64,000 nt of DNA from a virus: the IMG/VR virus record IMGVR_UViG_3300020473_000017. One strand, given 5' to 3'. Of the stretch, positions 21,681-28,383 are shown piece after piece. Numbering within the stretch: position 1 is the first letter of the stretch; each line of letters starts with the position of its first letter. A program made the translations under genes and the position numbers. The notes under the pieces are model-generated. The model was not told the DNA's origin and made no database searches. It saw only the letters and a program-made list of their open reading frames with translations.

Positions 21681-21829
21681 TATCTGCCCTGTCCTCTATA
21701 TCTCTTCTTTGCACCATTACGACTGGTAGCAGAGAACTTACTATGTTGACCTCTACCTTGTCTTGTCTTCTTGGGAATTGCTTCCGATTTAACAGTAGTA
21801 CCGAAACCACCTGCTTTTGTTTTTGCCAT
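21680..21829 (-). CDS. Small basic protein, 49 aa
   Basis: Hand-translated MAKTKAGG...KKTRQGRGQHSK...KRYRGQGR; fills the gap exactly and abuts both neighbours. Confidence 0.75.
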   Translation of the reverse strand: MAKTKAGGFGTTVKSEAIPKKTRQGRGQHSKFSATSRNGAKKRYRGQGR

Positions 21830-21831
21830 AA

Positions 21832-22116
21832 TTAACCACCTGCGAATACGTTGGGTGAACCTTCAGCAACACTAGTACATGTTGCATCCCCTATTCTACC
21901 ACATCCTTTGCCATTTACAAATACGGTTGTACTTCCTGTTGTAATTGCTACTGCATGGGAAGGACATATAGGTGCTGGTAATAAGTGTGATGTATTAACG
22001 TCTCCTTGACGAGAGATAGGTATGTTATTGCAGAAGACATCAGGAGATCCCTCTGCTCTGGTCATTCCAGAACAATGTGAAACGTCTGCATCGCCTATTC
22101 TAGTTACTGCTGGCAT
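21832..22116 (-). CDS. PAAR-type spike tip protein (gp5.4-like)
   Basis: MPAVTRIGD, GSTTVFVNGKGCGRIGD, GSPNVFAG. Confidence 0.92.
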   Translation of the reverse strand: MPAVTRIGDADVSHCSGMTRAEGSPDVFCNNIPISRQGDVNTSHLLPAPICPSHAVAITTGSTTVFVNGKGCGRIGDATCTSVAEGSPNVFAGG

Positions 22117-22439
22117 TGTTCACTACCTCCTTGAAAATCGTGAATACTTTCTGATCCACCTATTGCAAATGGATTGTACTTAGCAGTAGCGATCCTATAC
22201 ATCTTCTCATGCATAGTAACTACTTCTGCTGCTCCCTTTTCAAATTCAGGAGTTGATTCATGACGAGAAGCATAGTTCTTTTCATGTTCTATATGGTCAC
22301 TTTCATCAAACCAATCAGCAATCTCTTCTTCTGGTCTGGGGTTCTCTTCTAATTCTATCATCTTTTCAGGAGGTGCATATTTGTTATCACCATTCGCTAC
22401 TGGCATACTATCATGTGGGTGTGGCTTAGAGTTTTTCAT
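22104..22439 (-). CDS. Hypothetical acidic protein
   Basis: ORF track; overlaps neighbours in operon. Confidence 0.7.
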   Translation of the reverse strand: MKNSKPHPHDSMPVANGDNKYAPPEKMIELEENPRPEEEIADWFDESDHIEHEKNYASRHESTPEFEKGAAEVVTMHEKMYRIATAKYNPFAIGGSESIHDFQGGSEQCQQ

Positions 22440-22642
22440 TTAGTTTCTCTAGTCATCAATTCCATTAGGTAGTCCGTATACTTGGACATCTCTGAATGTT
22501 GCTCTTCCGTATGTGGGGGTTCTGGAGCAACAGGGGCAAACTTAATAAGATGATCAAACGAGGCAGGTAGGTCTCCTGCTCTGTTATGCCTTATCAGTTC
22601 TCCGTTAACCTTAACAATGAATTCCCCTTCCAAATCTTCCAT
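22436..22642 (-). CDS. Hypothetical protein
   Basis: ORF track; ATGA overlap; CTAAATA late-like motif upstream near 22665-22671. Confidence 0.7.
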   Translation of the reverse strand: MEDLEGEFIVKVNGELIRHNRAGDLPASFDHLIKFAPVAPEPPHTEEQHSEMSKYTDYLMELMTRETK

Positions 22643-22698
22643 AGATCTTCTTTCCGTTGAATCCTATTTAGAGACCACGGCGCGATTTTCGCGGATTT

Positions 22699-22812
22699 TT
22701 AACGCGATTTTTTAATCTCTAAGGATTTCTCCCACTCACTAATGAGTAGTACAAGCTCAGAGATTCTCGCCTGTGCATTCTTTATCTTTTCCTCTAAGTG
22801 ATTAGTACTCAT
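22699..22812 (-). CDS. Small hypothetical protein, 37 aa
   Basis: MSTNHLEEKIKNAQARISELVLLISEW; ATGA-coupled to upstream ORF. Confidence 0.5.
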   Translation of the reverse strand: MSTNHLEEKIKNAQARISELVLLISEWEKSLEIKKSR

Positions 22813-23084
22813 GTCGGAATAGGCTTACCACCTTCATTCAAAGGTAGGCAAGGTGCAGGTGCAGGTTCTTCATTATGGGCACCAGATTGTGTCCATGCCT
22901 CTGAGACTGGTCCTTGCTCAATCTCTTGATTGATGTTTCTAATTTGTTTCTCATGATCACACACAACATCGACGAGTTTCTCATACTCAGATGTTTCTGT
23001 CCTCCGCATCATTAGAAGACTGTTCGAGACCTTATGTTCGAGTGCTGTGATTCTTTCGAGAAGTTCTTCGTTTGATAAACTCAT
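22809..23084 (-). CDS. Hypothetical coiled-coil protein
   Basis: ORF track. Confidence 0.65.
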   Translation of the reverse strand: MSLSNEELLERITALEHKVSNSLLMMRRTETSEYEKLVDVVCDHEKQIRNINQEIEQGPVSEAWTQSGAHNEEPAPAPCLPLNEGGKPIPT

Positions 23085-23122
23085 AATTTTTGATTAACCT
23101 GTGTTATGGGTGTCAATGGTAT

Positions 23123-23323
23123 TTACCCAAGTTTCTCCTTTGCGAGGAACCTTTCTTGCAAGTCATAGTTTAATCTCCAATTCTCTGTATTAACCCAATA
23201 ACCAATGATTCCTTGACCATCACAGTTATATCCGTAACCTGTCACACGTTCTCTACATCCGTCAAGGTCGAAAGTCTTACCGCTGGTAAGATAGTCGTGG
23301 TACTTAGCGTCTAGTGTGATCAT
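23123..23323 (-). CDS. Hypothetical protein
   Basis: ORF track; directly downstream of a sigma70 promoter. Confidence 0.7.
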   Translation of the reverse strand: MITLDAKYHDYLTSGKTFDLDGCRERVTGYGYNCDGQGIIGYWVNTENWRLNYDLQERFLAKEKLG

Positions 23324-23360
23324 TGGCTCAGAGAAGGGAGGGTGTCATTTATATATGTAC

Positions 23361-23389
23361 ATTATACCGAAACCCTCACATAAAGTCAA
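23361..23389 (-). promoter_or_regulatory. Host-like sigma70 promoter TTGACT-N17-TATAAT
   Basis: Near-consensus hexamers with a 17-nt spacer. Confidence 0.8.
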
Positions 23390-23545
23390 GGGGCACTTCA
23401 CAGTTTTTACAAATTCTTAAGGGTACCTTTATATTTGAAAGGGTCTGGGGGATTTTTTGGGAAAATTTTTTATTTTGTTTCACGCTCGCTCATGCAAGAC
23501 TTTATAGCTTGGATTGCGTATGGATGTTAAGCTATGGGGGGCATG

Positions 23546-23567
23546 AAAAAACCCCCACTAGGGGGGT
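23546..23567 (-). terminator. Intrinsic terminator
   Basis: CCCCC-(C)TAGT-GGGGG followed by T6 on the minus strand. Confidence 0.7.
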
Positions 23568-23575
23568 AGTGCCAT

Positions 23576-23734
23576 TTAGCGGATGTGCGGCGGTGCAATT
23601 TCGGCACGCCATCCTAGATTCATGAAATCCTCGACTGTTTGGATCGCTTGCTCATAGGTTGAGACTGAGATAAGTCTTGCCCGTTGTGGTTCACGATTTG
23701 TCCAGTAGCGGATGCAGTTGCTTGAGGATCGCAT
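23576..23734 (-). CDS. Small early protein, 52 aa
   Basis: Hand-translated MRSSSNCIRYWTNREPQRARLISVSTYEQA; ends just before the terminator. Confidence 0.65.
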   Translation of the reverse strand: MRSSSNCIRYWTNREPQRARLISVSTYEQAIQTVEDFMNLGWRAEIAPPHIR

Positions 23735-23789
23735 AGGAAATAGTAACGAATGAAGGGGTCAGAAGTGAGAAGGTCGTAGGTTGATGAAT

Positions 23790-23942
23790 TCATCGAGTGT
23801 AAACTGTGGTTACTGAAACAATGGGATGACCTGAGTAGTTCGGTCTAAAGATGATGGGGTCGAATGCCCTAGCAATGCGATCAAAGAAGAGATAGGATTT
23901 GTCCTCCCATTTCTTGTAAGCATTCCATTTCTTGTTAGGCAT
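23790..23942 (-). CDS. Small early protein, 50 aa
   Basis: ORF track; start moved to MPNKKWNAY because the upstream part matches an intergenic repeat. Confidence 0.6.
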   Translation of the reverse strand: MPNKKWNAYKKWEDKSYLFFDRIARAFDPIIFRPNYSGHPIVSVTTVYTR

Positions 23943-24031
23943 GAAGTGCGGGGAGTTGATGCGATTGGTTGGTGGATTCAATTTCCCAAGATCAGAAGGG
24001 GTCGAAGTGAAGGTCAGTTTCCAAGATGAAT

Positions 24032-24217
24032 TCATGCGTTGACTTCCATCCATTTGAACTCAGCATCCGTGCCACATCTCCATATTGTCATTGCCTCCAT
24101 TTGGTCAGTTGCCCAAGAGAGTGCAATGTCTTGGATGCGGTCGAAGTCAGAACCGAACTCTGCATTTGCTTTGAGTTCGTTACCCCATGATGAGGGTTGG
24201 ACTGCCCATGATGTCAT
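24032..24217 (-). CDS. Small early protein
   Basis: ORF track, MTSWAVQPSSWG. Confidence 0.7.
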   Translation of the reverse strand: MTSWAVQPSSWGNELKANAEFGSDFDRIQDIALSWATDQMEAMTIWRCGTDAEFKWMEVNA

Positions 24218-24260
24218 AATAGAAAAACCTGTTGTGAAAATTGGATTAGGGAAAAGCGAT

Positions 24261-24443
24261 CTAGTGACGATCGCTTATATTCCATGTGCCTGTAGGATGT
24301 GATCTGAAAGTGAAATCATCCTCGGCGAGTTTGGTCAACGCTGCCATGACCGCTTTGTCTTTGATTGCGTTCTCGTTCATAAGAACAGCACCGCCGAACA
24401 TAGGGCGAAGGTCAGAGTTGAACATTGGTTGTTTGTTTGACAT
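24261..24443 (-). CDS. Small early protein ending WNISDRH
   Basis: ORF track; TATAAT at 24450-24455 implies a leaderless start. Confidence 0.72.
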   Translation of the reverse strand: MSNKQPMFNSDLRPMFGGAVLMNENAIKDKAVMAALTKLAEDDFTFRSHPTGTWNISDRH

Positions 24444-24576
24444 GTCCTAATTATAGCAGATGAGAATGAGAGGGAAACGGTCGGCGGCGAAGTCTTAACA
24501 ATCTGTTGTAAAAAATCCAGCCGCCCGACTAGTACACCTATACTATTTCCTCAAGAGCACAAATAAGGAAAACTAA

Positions 24577-24606
24577 AACACCCTGAGCGATTTTGCCTAG
24601 GGTGTT
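24577..24606 (-). terminator. Probable intrinsic terminator
   Basis: Inverted repeat AACACCCT...AGGGTGTT followed by T on the minus strand. Confidence 0.5.
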
Positions 24607-24638
24607 CTTGGACTTCTTGGGGACGGATTTGGAAGGGG

Positions 24639-24953
24639 TCACGTAAATACAAGATCAGAGAGCGACGTGGTAGAATAGAGAATGCAGTCTTGGCGAAACT
24701 GAATTTTGTAACGTTGCCCGACCTCCTGAAGATTCTTAATCAGTTGGTCGGACCCCGCTGCCCGTTCATCCACAGTAATTGAAATTGTCATGCATTCCTC
24801 CAAGGTGCCTTTGTAAATTCCTACCCCTTCCGTGATCGTTGCGAAATCCAAAAGAGAGCAAACCTCATCTTTTAAAAACTGATTCCACATTTGGCGAGTC
24901 ACGGTGCCTGAGTTTGGAATGTTGCGACCTAGGGTGATGCTGTGGGTTTGCAT
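24639..24953 (-). CDS. Putative SAM lyase (SAMase; DUF3574-like)
   Basis: GRNIP..G.V...W..FL, GIYKGTLEE and YKIQFRQDCIL resemble T3 SAMase G.Y...EE and EQDCVL motifs. Confidence 0.62.
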   Translation of the reverse strand: MQTHSITLGRNIPNSGTVTRQMWNQFLKDEVCSLLDFATITEGVGIYKGTLEECMTISITVDERAAGSDQLIKNLQEVGQRYKIQFRQDCILYSTTSLSDLVFT

Positions 24954-24980
24954 AAAGCAGAAATCCTCTTGACTGCTTTA

Positions 24981-25038
24981 ATTGTACACCCTGCGCCGAC
25001 GATATCCATACAGACTGTGCCACTAATCCAACTGGTCA
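24981..25038 (-). promoter_or_regulatory. Palindromic-box promoter
   Basis: Box GTGCCACT-N6-ACTGGTCA at 25017-25038; 30 nt to TACAAT. Confidence 0.75.
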
Positions 25039-25141
25039 GGGCAGCCGTTTTTTTGTTTCATTATGTTACGTGTTTGGGGATAGGGGCAAACTGTCAAGCG
25101 ATCGCATGTATAATATGGGAGTACCAAACGCCAGCATCCAA

Positions 25142-25489
25142 ATGCCAGCATCCGCTAAGTCTGCAACCGTCTCAACTGCTAAAGCAAAACCAGCACGCAA
25201 GACCAGAGCACGCAAAGCAAACAGTCCCGTCAAACCCGTTGCTCCACGCACACGCAAAGCGGCGACCCCTCAACCAGAAATGATCGAGGTCAAACTTCCA
25301 GAGGCAAACAAAACCCCTTTGAAAAAAAGACCTATGAGAGTTGAAACGGTTGAGTTGAAATCCATCCTTAAGGATTACCCCCGTGATGGATTTGCCCTCG
25401 CTCTGCTTCCCGTTCTACTCTTGGAAGCGTTAGCGAAAGAAATTCTCCCAGTCCTCGGACAAATCAAAGTTCCCGTGAGATTTGGATAA
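25142..25489 (+). CDS. Early protein with K/R/A/P-rich N-terminus and hydrophobic C-terminal helix
   Basis: ORF track; TATAAT at 25111-25116 favours ATG 25142; followed by a terminator. Confidence 0.7.
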   Translation: MPASAKSATVSTAKAKPARKTRARKANSPVKPVAPRTRKAATPQPEMIEVKLPEANKTPLKKRPMRVETVELKSILKDYPRDGFALALLPVLLLEALAKEILPVLGQIKVPVRFG

Positions 25490-25496
25490 ACGACCC

Positions 25497-25520
25497 GACC
25501 CCGAAAGGGGTCTTTTTTTT
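25497..25520 (+). terminator. Intrinsic terminator
   Basis: GACCCC-GAAA-GGGGTC then T8. Confidence 0.9.
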
Positions 25521-25532
25521 GGGCGGCCGGAA

Positions 25533-25590
25533 AATCCAGTTGAGAAACTGTCACACGCTCTCCCCCATAGGGTCGGATTTGCTCTATACT
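25533..25590 (+). promoter_or_regulatory. Palindromic-box promoter
   Basis: AATCCAGT-N6-ACTGTCAC, 30 nt, TATACT. Confidence 0.75.
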
Positions 25591-25619
25591 TAGAAAGTCA
25601 ACAAAGCGATTTCATTTTA

Positions 25620-25877
25620 ATGATCCTCAGACAACTCGGTTCAAATCAGACCGAACTTTCTTTGAATAACGGAACCTCGTTATTTTTCTCTTACGAGACT
25701 CCCGTTGCTGGATTTTCTCCTGACTTGGGTTGGTTCAAAACTTCAACCTATTATTCACGGACGACCTCCAAGCACATCAACCAATATTTCAAGCACGCTG
25801 ACAAAGACAAAATCCGAATTGTTTCAGATGATGTCATTTCAGAAATGTGCCATCCAGACGATCGCATAAAGGTGTAG
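25620..25877 (+). CDS. Conserved phage hypothetical protein
   Basis: GSNQTEL, FFSYETPVAG, YSRTTSKHIN; start placed at the first ATG downstream of the promoter. Confidence 0.78.
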   Translation: MILRQLGSNQTELSLNNGTSLFFSYETPVAGFSPDLGWFKTSTYYSRTTSKHINQYFKHADKDKIRIVSDDVISEMCHPDDRIKV

Positions 25878-25886
25878 AATACGGAC

Positions 25887-26042
25887 ATGCGAAACATCCA
25901 GATCACCGAAGCAGAAGAAACCGTCCTCGTTCAGATGGCGTGTTTCTTCTCTGACCTCGGATCCCCTGACGAATTCGATCAGGACGCTTTCAATTCTCTC
26001 TTTGAGAAAATCACCGAACCTTCACCTTTTGATTATGTCTGA
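25887..26042 (+). CDS. Small acidic protein, 51 aa
   Basis: Hand-translated MRNIQITEAEETVLVQMACFFSDLGSPDEFDQDAF. Confidence 0.65.
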   Translation: MRNIQITEAEETVLVQMACFFSDLGSPDEFDQDAFNSLFEKITEPSPFDYV

Positions 26043-26175
26043 TTCAGTCTACCTCGAAGATCTAGCAGAAGCAATCTTCGACCAAATCGTCACCGAGAAT
26101 TTCAAAGACCTCACCTCAGCAGAAGAGGCACTCGTCTACGAAATTGCTTGCGATCGAGCATATCAGGGAGTCTAG
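26035..26175 (+). CDS. Small acidic protein, 46 aa
   Basis: Hand-translated MSDSVYLEDLAEAIFDQIVTENF; ends in a terminator. Confidence 0.65.
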   Translation: MSDSVYLEDLAEAIFDQIVTENFKDLTSAEEALVYEIACDRAYQGV

Positions 26176-26188
26176 CACTCCCTTTTTT
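26166..26188 (+). terminator. Intrinsic terminator
   Basis: GGGAGT-CTAGC-ACTCCC then T6. Confidence 0.8.
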
Positions 26189-26204
26189 CCTGAGAGGTCA
26201 TCTA

Positions 26205-26247
26205 GTCAAACCTGACATTCTTTTTAGATCTCGTCAAACCTGACATT
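26205..26247. repeat. 15-bp direct repeat GTCAAACCTGACATT, two copies
   Basis: Copies at 26205-26219 and 26233-26247. Confidence 0.8.
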
Positions 26248-26286
26248 GACCTCTATTCTTTTTACTCCTTTACTTCAACGAACATC

Positions 26287-26784
26287 ATGCCAAATTGGTG
26301 CAACAACAGACTAACCGTTTCAGGTGACGACACCGAACAGGTCGCAAAGGTCAAATCCTTTTTTGAAAATGGCGAACCGTTCAACCAAATTTTCCCATCC
26401 CCTAAGTGGCAAGAAATTCCACTCGCTGAAAACGATCTTGAATATCTTGGTCGCAAGCGTGGCGAGGTTGGAGAGTTGCCAGTCTTTAAAGAGTACAAGA
26501 ACCCAGACGGTCGGGTCGTGCACTCTGGATATGAATTTCCTTCGACTGGGGTGCAAGACGATCGCTGGTATAATTGGCAAGTTGCCAACTGGGACACTAA
26601 ATGGGACATTGGCAAGGATCATGTAGAGTGGGGTGATGAGGATGACAATTTCTTCATTTGCCATTTTGACACGGCATGGTCGCCACCCGAAGGGGTCATT
26701 CACAAACTCCGAGAGGATTTCCCAGACCTTTGCATCACATTATTTTATGATGAACCAGGAATGGAAATTGCGGGGTACGTTTAA
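26287..26784 (+). CDS. DUF1281/YubB-like protein
   Basis: MPNWCNNRL, WYNW..ANWDTKWD, FDTAWSPP, YDEPG. Confidence 0.8.
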   Translation: MPNWCNNRLTVSGDDTEQVAKVKSFFENGEPFNQIFPSPKWQEIPLAENDLEYLGRKRGEVGELPVFKEYKNPDGRVVHSGYEFPSTGVQDDRWYNWQVANWDTKWDIGKDHVEWGDEDDNFFICHFDTAWSPPEGVIHKLREDFPDLCITLFYDEPGMEIAGYV

Positions 26785-26790
26785 TTAAAT

Positions 26791-26908
26791 TGGGGCATCA
26801 CCTGCAGTAACTGATTGCCGATCCCTGAGACTGTAAACCGCCCGAAGCGTATGCTGTTGCGTTGGTCAGACATCTCGGAATCATCTGCAGTAATTGAGTA
26901 AGTCCCCA
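26791..26908 (+). ncRNA. Candidate structured RNA, ~118 nt
   Basis: TGGGG...CCCCA closing stem and two copies of ATCAYCTGCAGTAAYTGA; no ORF. Confidence 0.5.
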
Positions 26909-26927
26909 TACAAAAAAAGGCGGCCGG

Positions 26928-26985
26928 AATCCAATCTACAAACTGTCACAAAGAATGTGGAATGCGTCCCAAAATCGTGTATTAT
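26928..26985 (+). promoter_or_regulatory. Palindromic-box promoter
   Basis: AATCCAAT-N6-ACTGTCAC, 30 nt, TATTAT. Confidence 0.7.
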
Positions 26986-26991
26986 ACGTAT

Positions 26992-27174
26992 ATGGAAATC
27001 AACGACCAATTTCAGATCTCTCTCACCTCAGCACAATACGGTTTGCTGACTGACATTTTCAGTTCACTCGCTGATCTGGATTTGCCACCCGCTGAGGATC
27101 CTGAATTCGACCAACTCTGGGATCAGGTCATAAACGCCGATCACCAAATTCACTTCAACGAGGACAAATCATGA
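26992..27174 (+). CDS. Small acidic protein, likely leaderless
   Basis: ATG falls at the predicted TSS; MEINDQFQISLTSAQY. Confidence 0.7.
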   Translation: MEINDQFQISLTSAQYGLLTDIFSSLADLDLPPAEDPEFDQLWDQVINADHQIHFNEDKS

Positions 27175-27338
27175 GCACGATCTCTGAATTCTACGGCGGT
27201 CTCTTGGATAAGGGTTACACTGAGCGAGAAATTCGCGAGAGTGCCCAGAAACATTCCCAACGGGTCGCGCCAGAATGGTTCAACGGGACGTACTCCGAAT
27301 ATCTAGATCACATGCACGATTTTCTAAATGGCATGTAA
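27171..27338 (+). CDS. Small early protein, 55 aa
   Basis: ATGA overlap; MSTISEFYGGLLDKGYTEREIRESA. Confidence 0.68.
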   Translation: MSTISEFYGGLLDKGYTEREIRESAQKHSQRVAPEWFNGTYSEYLDHMHDFLNGM

Positions 27339-27483
27339 TCAATTTTCGGATCTGCAAGAATATCAATTTTTGCACGACACCCTAGGCAAGATTTTAGTCA
27401 AGGAAGACAACTTGCCCGATGCCATAAAAAAAGTGCCGCGATCTGCAATCCTAATTGCAGTCAACGGCGACCCCCGCTTCTAG
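27328..27483 (+). CDS. Small early protein, 51 aa
   Basis: Hand-translated MACNQFSDLQEYQFLHDTLGKILV; ends in a terminator. Confidence 0.5.
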   Translation: MACNQFSDLQEYQFLHDTLGKILVKEDNLPDAIKKVPRSAILIAVNGDPRF

Positions 27484-27496
27484 GGGGTCTTTTTTA
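27469..27496 (+). terminator. Intrinsic terminator
   Basis: GACCCCC...GGGGGTC then T7. Confidence 0.85.
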
Positions 27497-27539
27497 TGAT
27501 CATGGGCGGCCGACAAAAATCCAGCTGCCCGTGGACAAT

Positions 27540-27731
27540 TTACAAACTGTCACAGGGTACGTAATAACATAATCCTTCTGTGAGATAATATTTACATATC
27601 TGCTCAAACTCTGGGTACCTCAGATGCTGATCTGTGTCCAGCAATCCCTGAACTAAATCTATGCTCTCCTTCCAATCTAGACCCGATTCTTTATACTTAG
27701 TGATTAATCTCTCTATACTATTCATAATCAT
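27540..27731 (-). CDS. Hypothetical protein
   Basis: ORF track. Confidence 0.6.
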   Translation of the reverse strand: MIMNSIERLITKYKESGLDWKESIDLVQGLLDTDQHLRYPEFEQICKYYLTEGLCYYVPCDSL

Positions 27732-27888
27732 CCTCCAGGTACTGTGAGTCTAATCTTATCCTCTTATTATTACTTATCATGTCTAAGTAGCCACTATTGG
27801 CTAAATCTTCAAATTCTTCTAATTCCTTCTTTTTTTGGCTAAATGATCCTTTTTTGCGGGTATTGCGATAATCCCATGACTTTGCCAT
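27718..27888 (-). CDS. Small hypothetical protein, 56 aa
   Basis: Hand-translated MAKSWDYRNTRKKGSFSQKKKELEEFED. Confidence 0.6.
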   Translation of the reverse strand: MAKSWDYRNTRKKGSFSQKKKELEEFEDLANSGYLDMISNNKRIRLDSQYLEDDYE

Positions 27889-27913
27889 TTTTCGTTCCTT
27901 TTGTAGAGTTTTA

Positions 27914-28168
27914 CTAAACTTGGGGCTTTTGAACTAAATCGCCACTTTTCAAAGAATCATTGTAAAACCTTCCAAGTGACAAGGAAGTAGGATCTTCAAC
28001 AAAACCTTCGAGCTTGGCTAAAAGAGTTTTGTTTGCGGGTTTCCACTCATACTCATAGGTTTTCTCATTCCCTGAGAAGTTGATGAATACCTTGGAACTC
28101 TGCACGACTATCTTGTCGATTGCAGAACTCAACTCGGCGATCTCAAATGTGTGCTTTTTGGCTGCCAC
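27914..28168 (-). CDS. KTSC-like small protein
   Basis: SSAI..I...V.INF...YEY...SLGRFYN pattern. Confidence 0.6.
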   Translation of the reverse strand: MAAKKHTFEIAELSSAIDKIVVQSSKVFINFSGNEKTYEYEWKPANKTLLAKLEGFVEDPTSLSLGRFYNDSLKSGDLVQKPQV

Positions 28169-28194
28169 GTTCTTTTTGGTTATCTACATTAGTA

Positions 28195-28223
28195 ATTATA
28201 ATCGATCTCGCCTCTACTGTCAA
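28195..28223 (-). promoter_or_regulatory. Perfect sigma70 promoter TTGACA-N17-TATAAT
   Basis: Exact consensus; palindromic box upstream at 28233-28254. Confidence 0.88.
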
Positions 28224-28255
28224 CCAACCTCTGAGCCACTTCGAGAACTGTCACA

Positions 28256-28313
28256 AAACCGCTTGACAAACTGGCACACTGCGGGCTTAGACCACAAAAC
28301 ACTCTGATAGAAT
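28256..28313 (+). promoter_or_regulatory. Divergent palindromic-box promoter
   Basis: ACTGGCAC half-site ends at 28277, 30 nt, then TAGAAT preceded by TGA. Confidence 0.55.
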
Positions 28314-28383
28314 AACAAAGTAAACCGCCCAACCACGTTTTTATTAACATTTCTTAAAAGGGTAGTATCCTTGAGTATCCAAC

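Noticed and set aside
23323-23625. + strand 100-aa ORF
   Set aside because: Spans a minus-strand promoter, T-tracts and a terminator; not protein-like
24039-26703. Overlapping opposite-strand or alternate-frame ORFs in the island (24039..24302, 24942..25283, 25066..25257, 26262..26615, 26320..26703, 26324..26626)
   Set aside because: Conflict with genes supported by promoters and terminators; higher GC lengthens spurious ORFs
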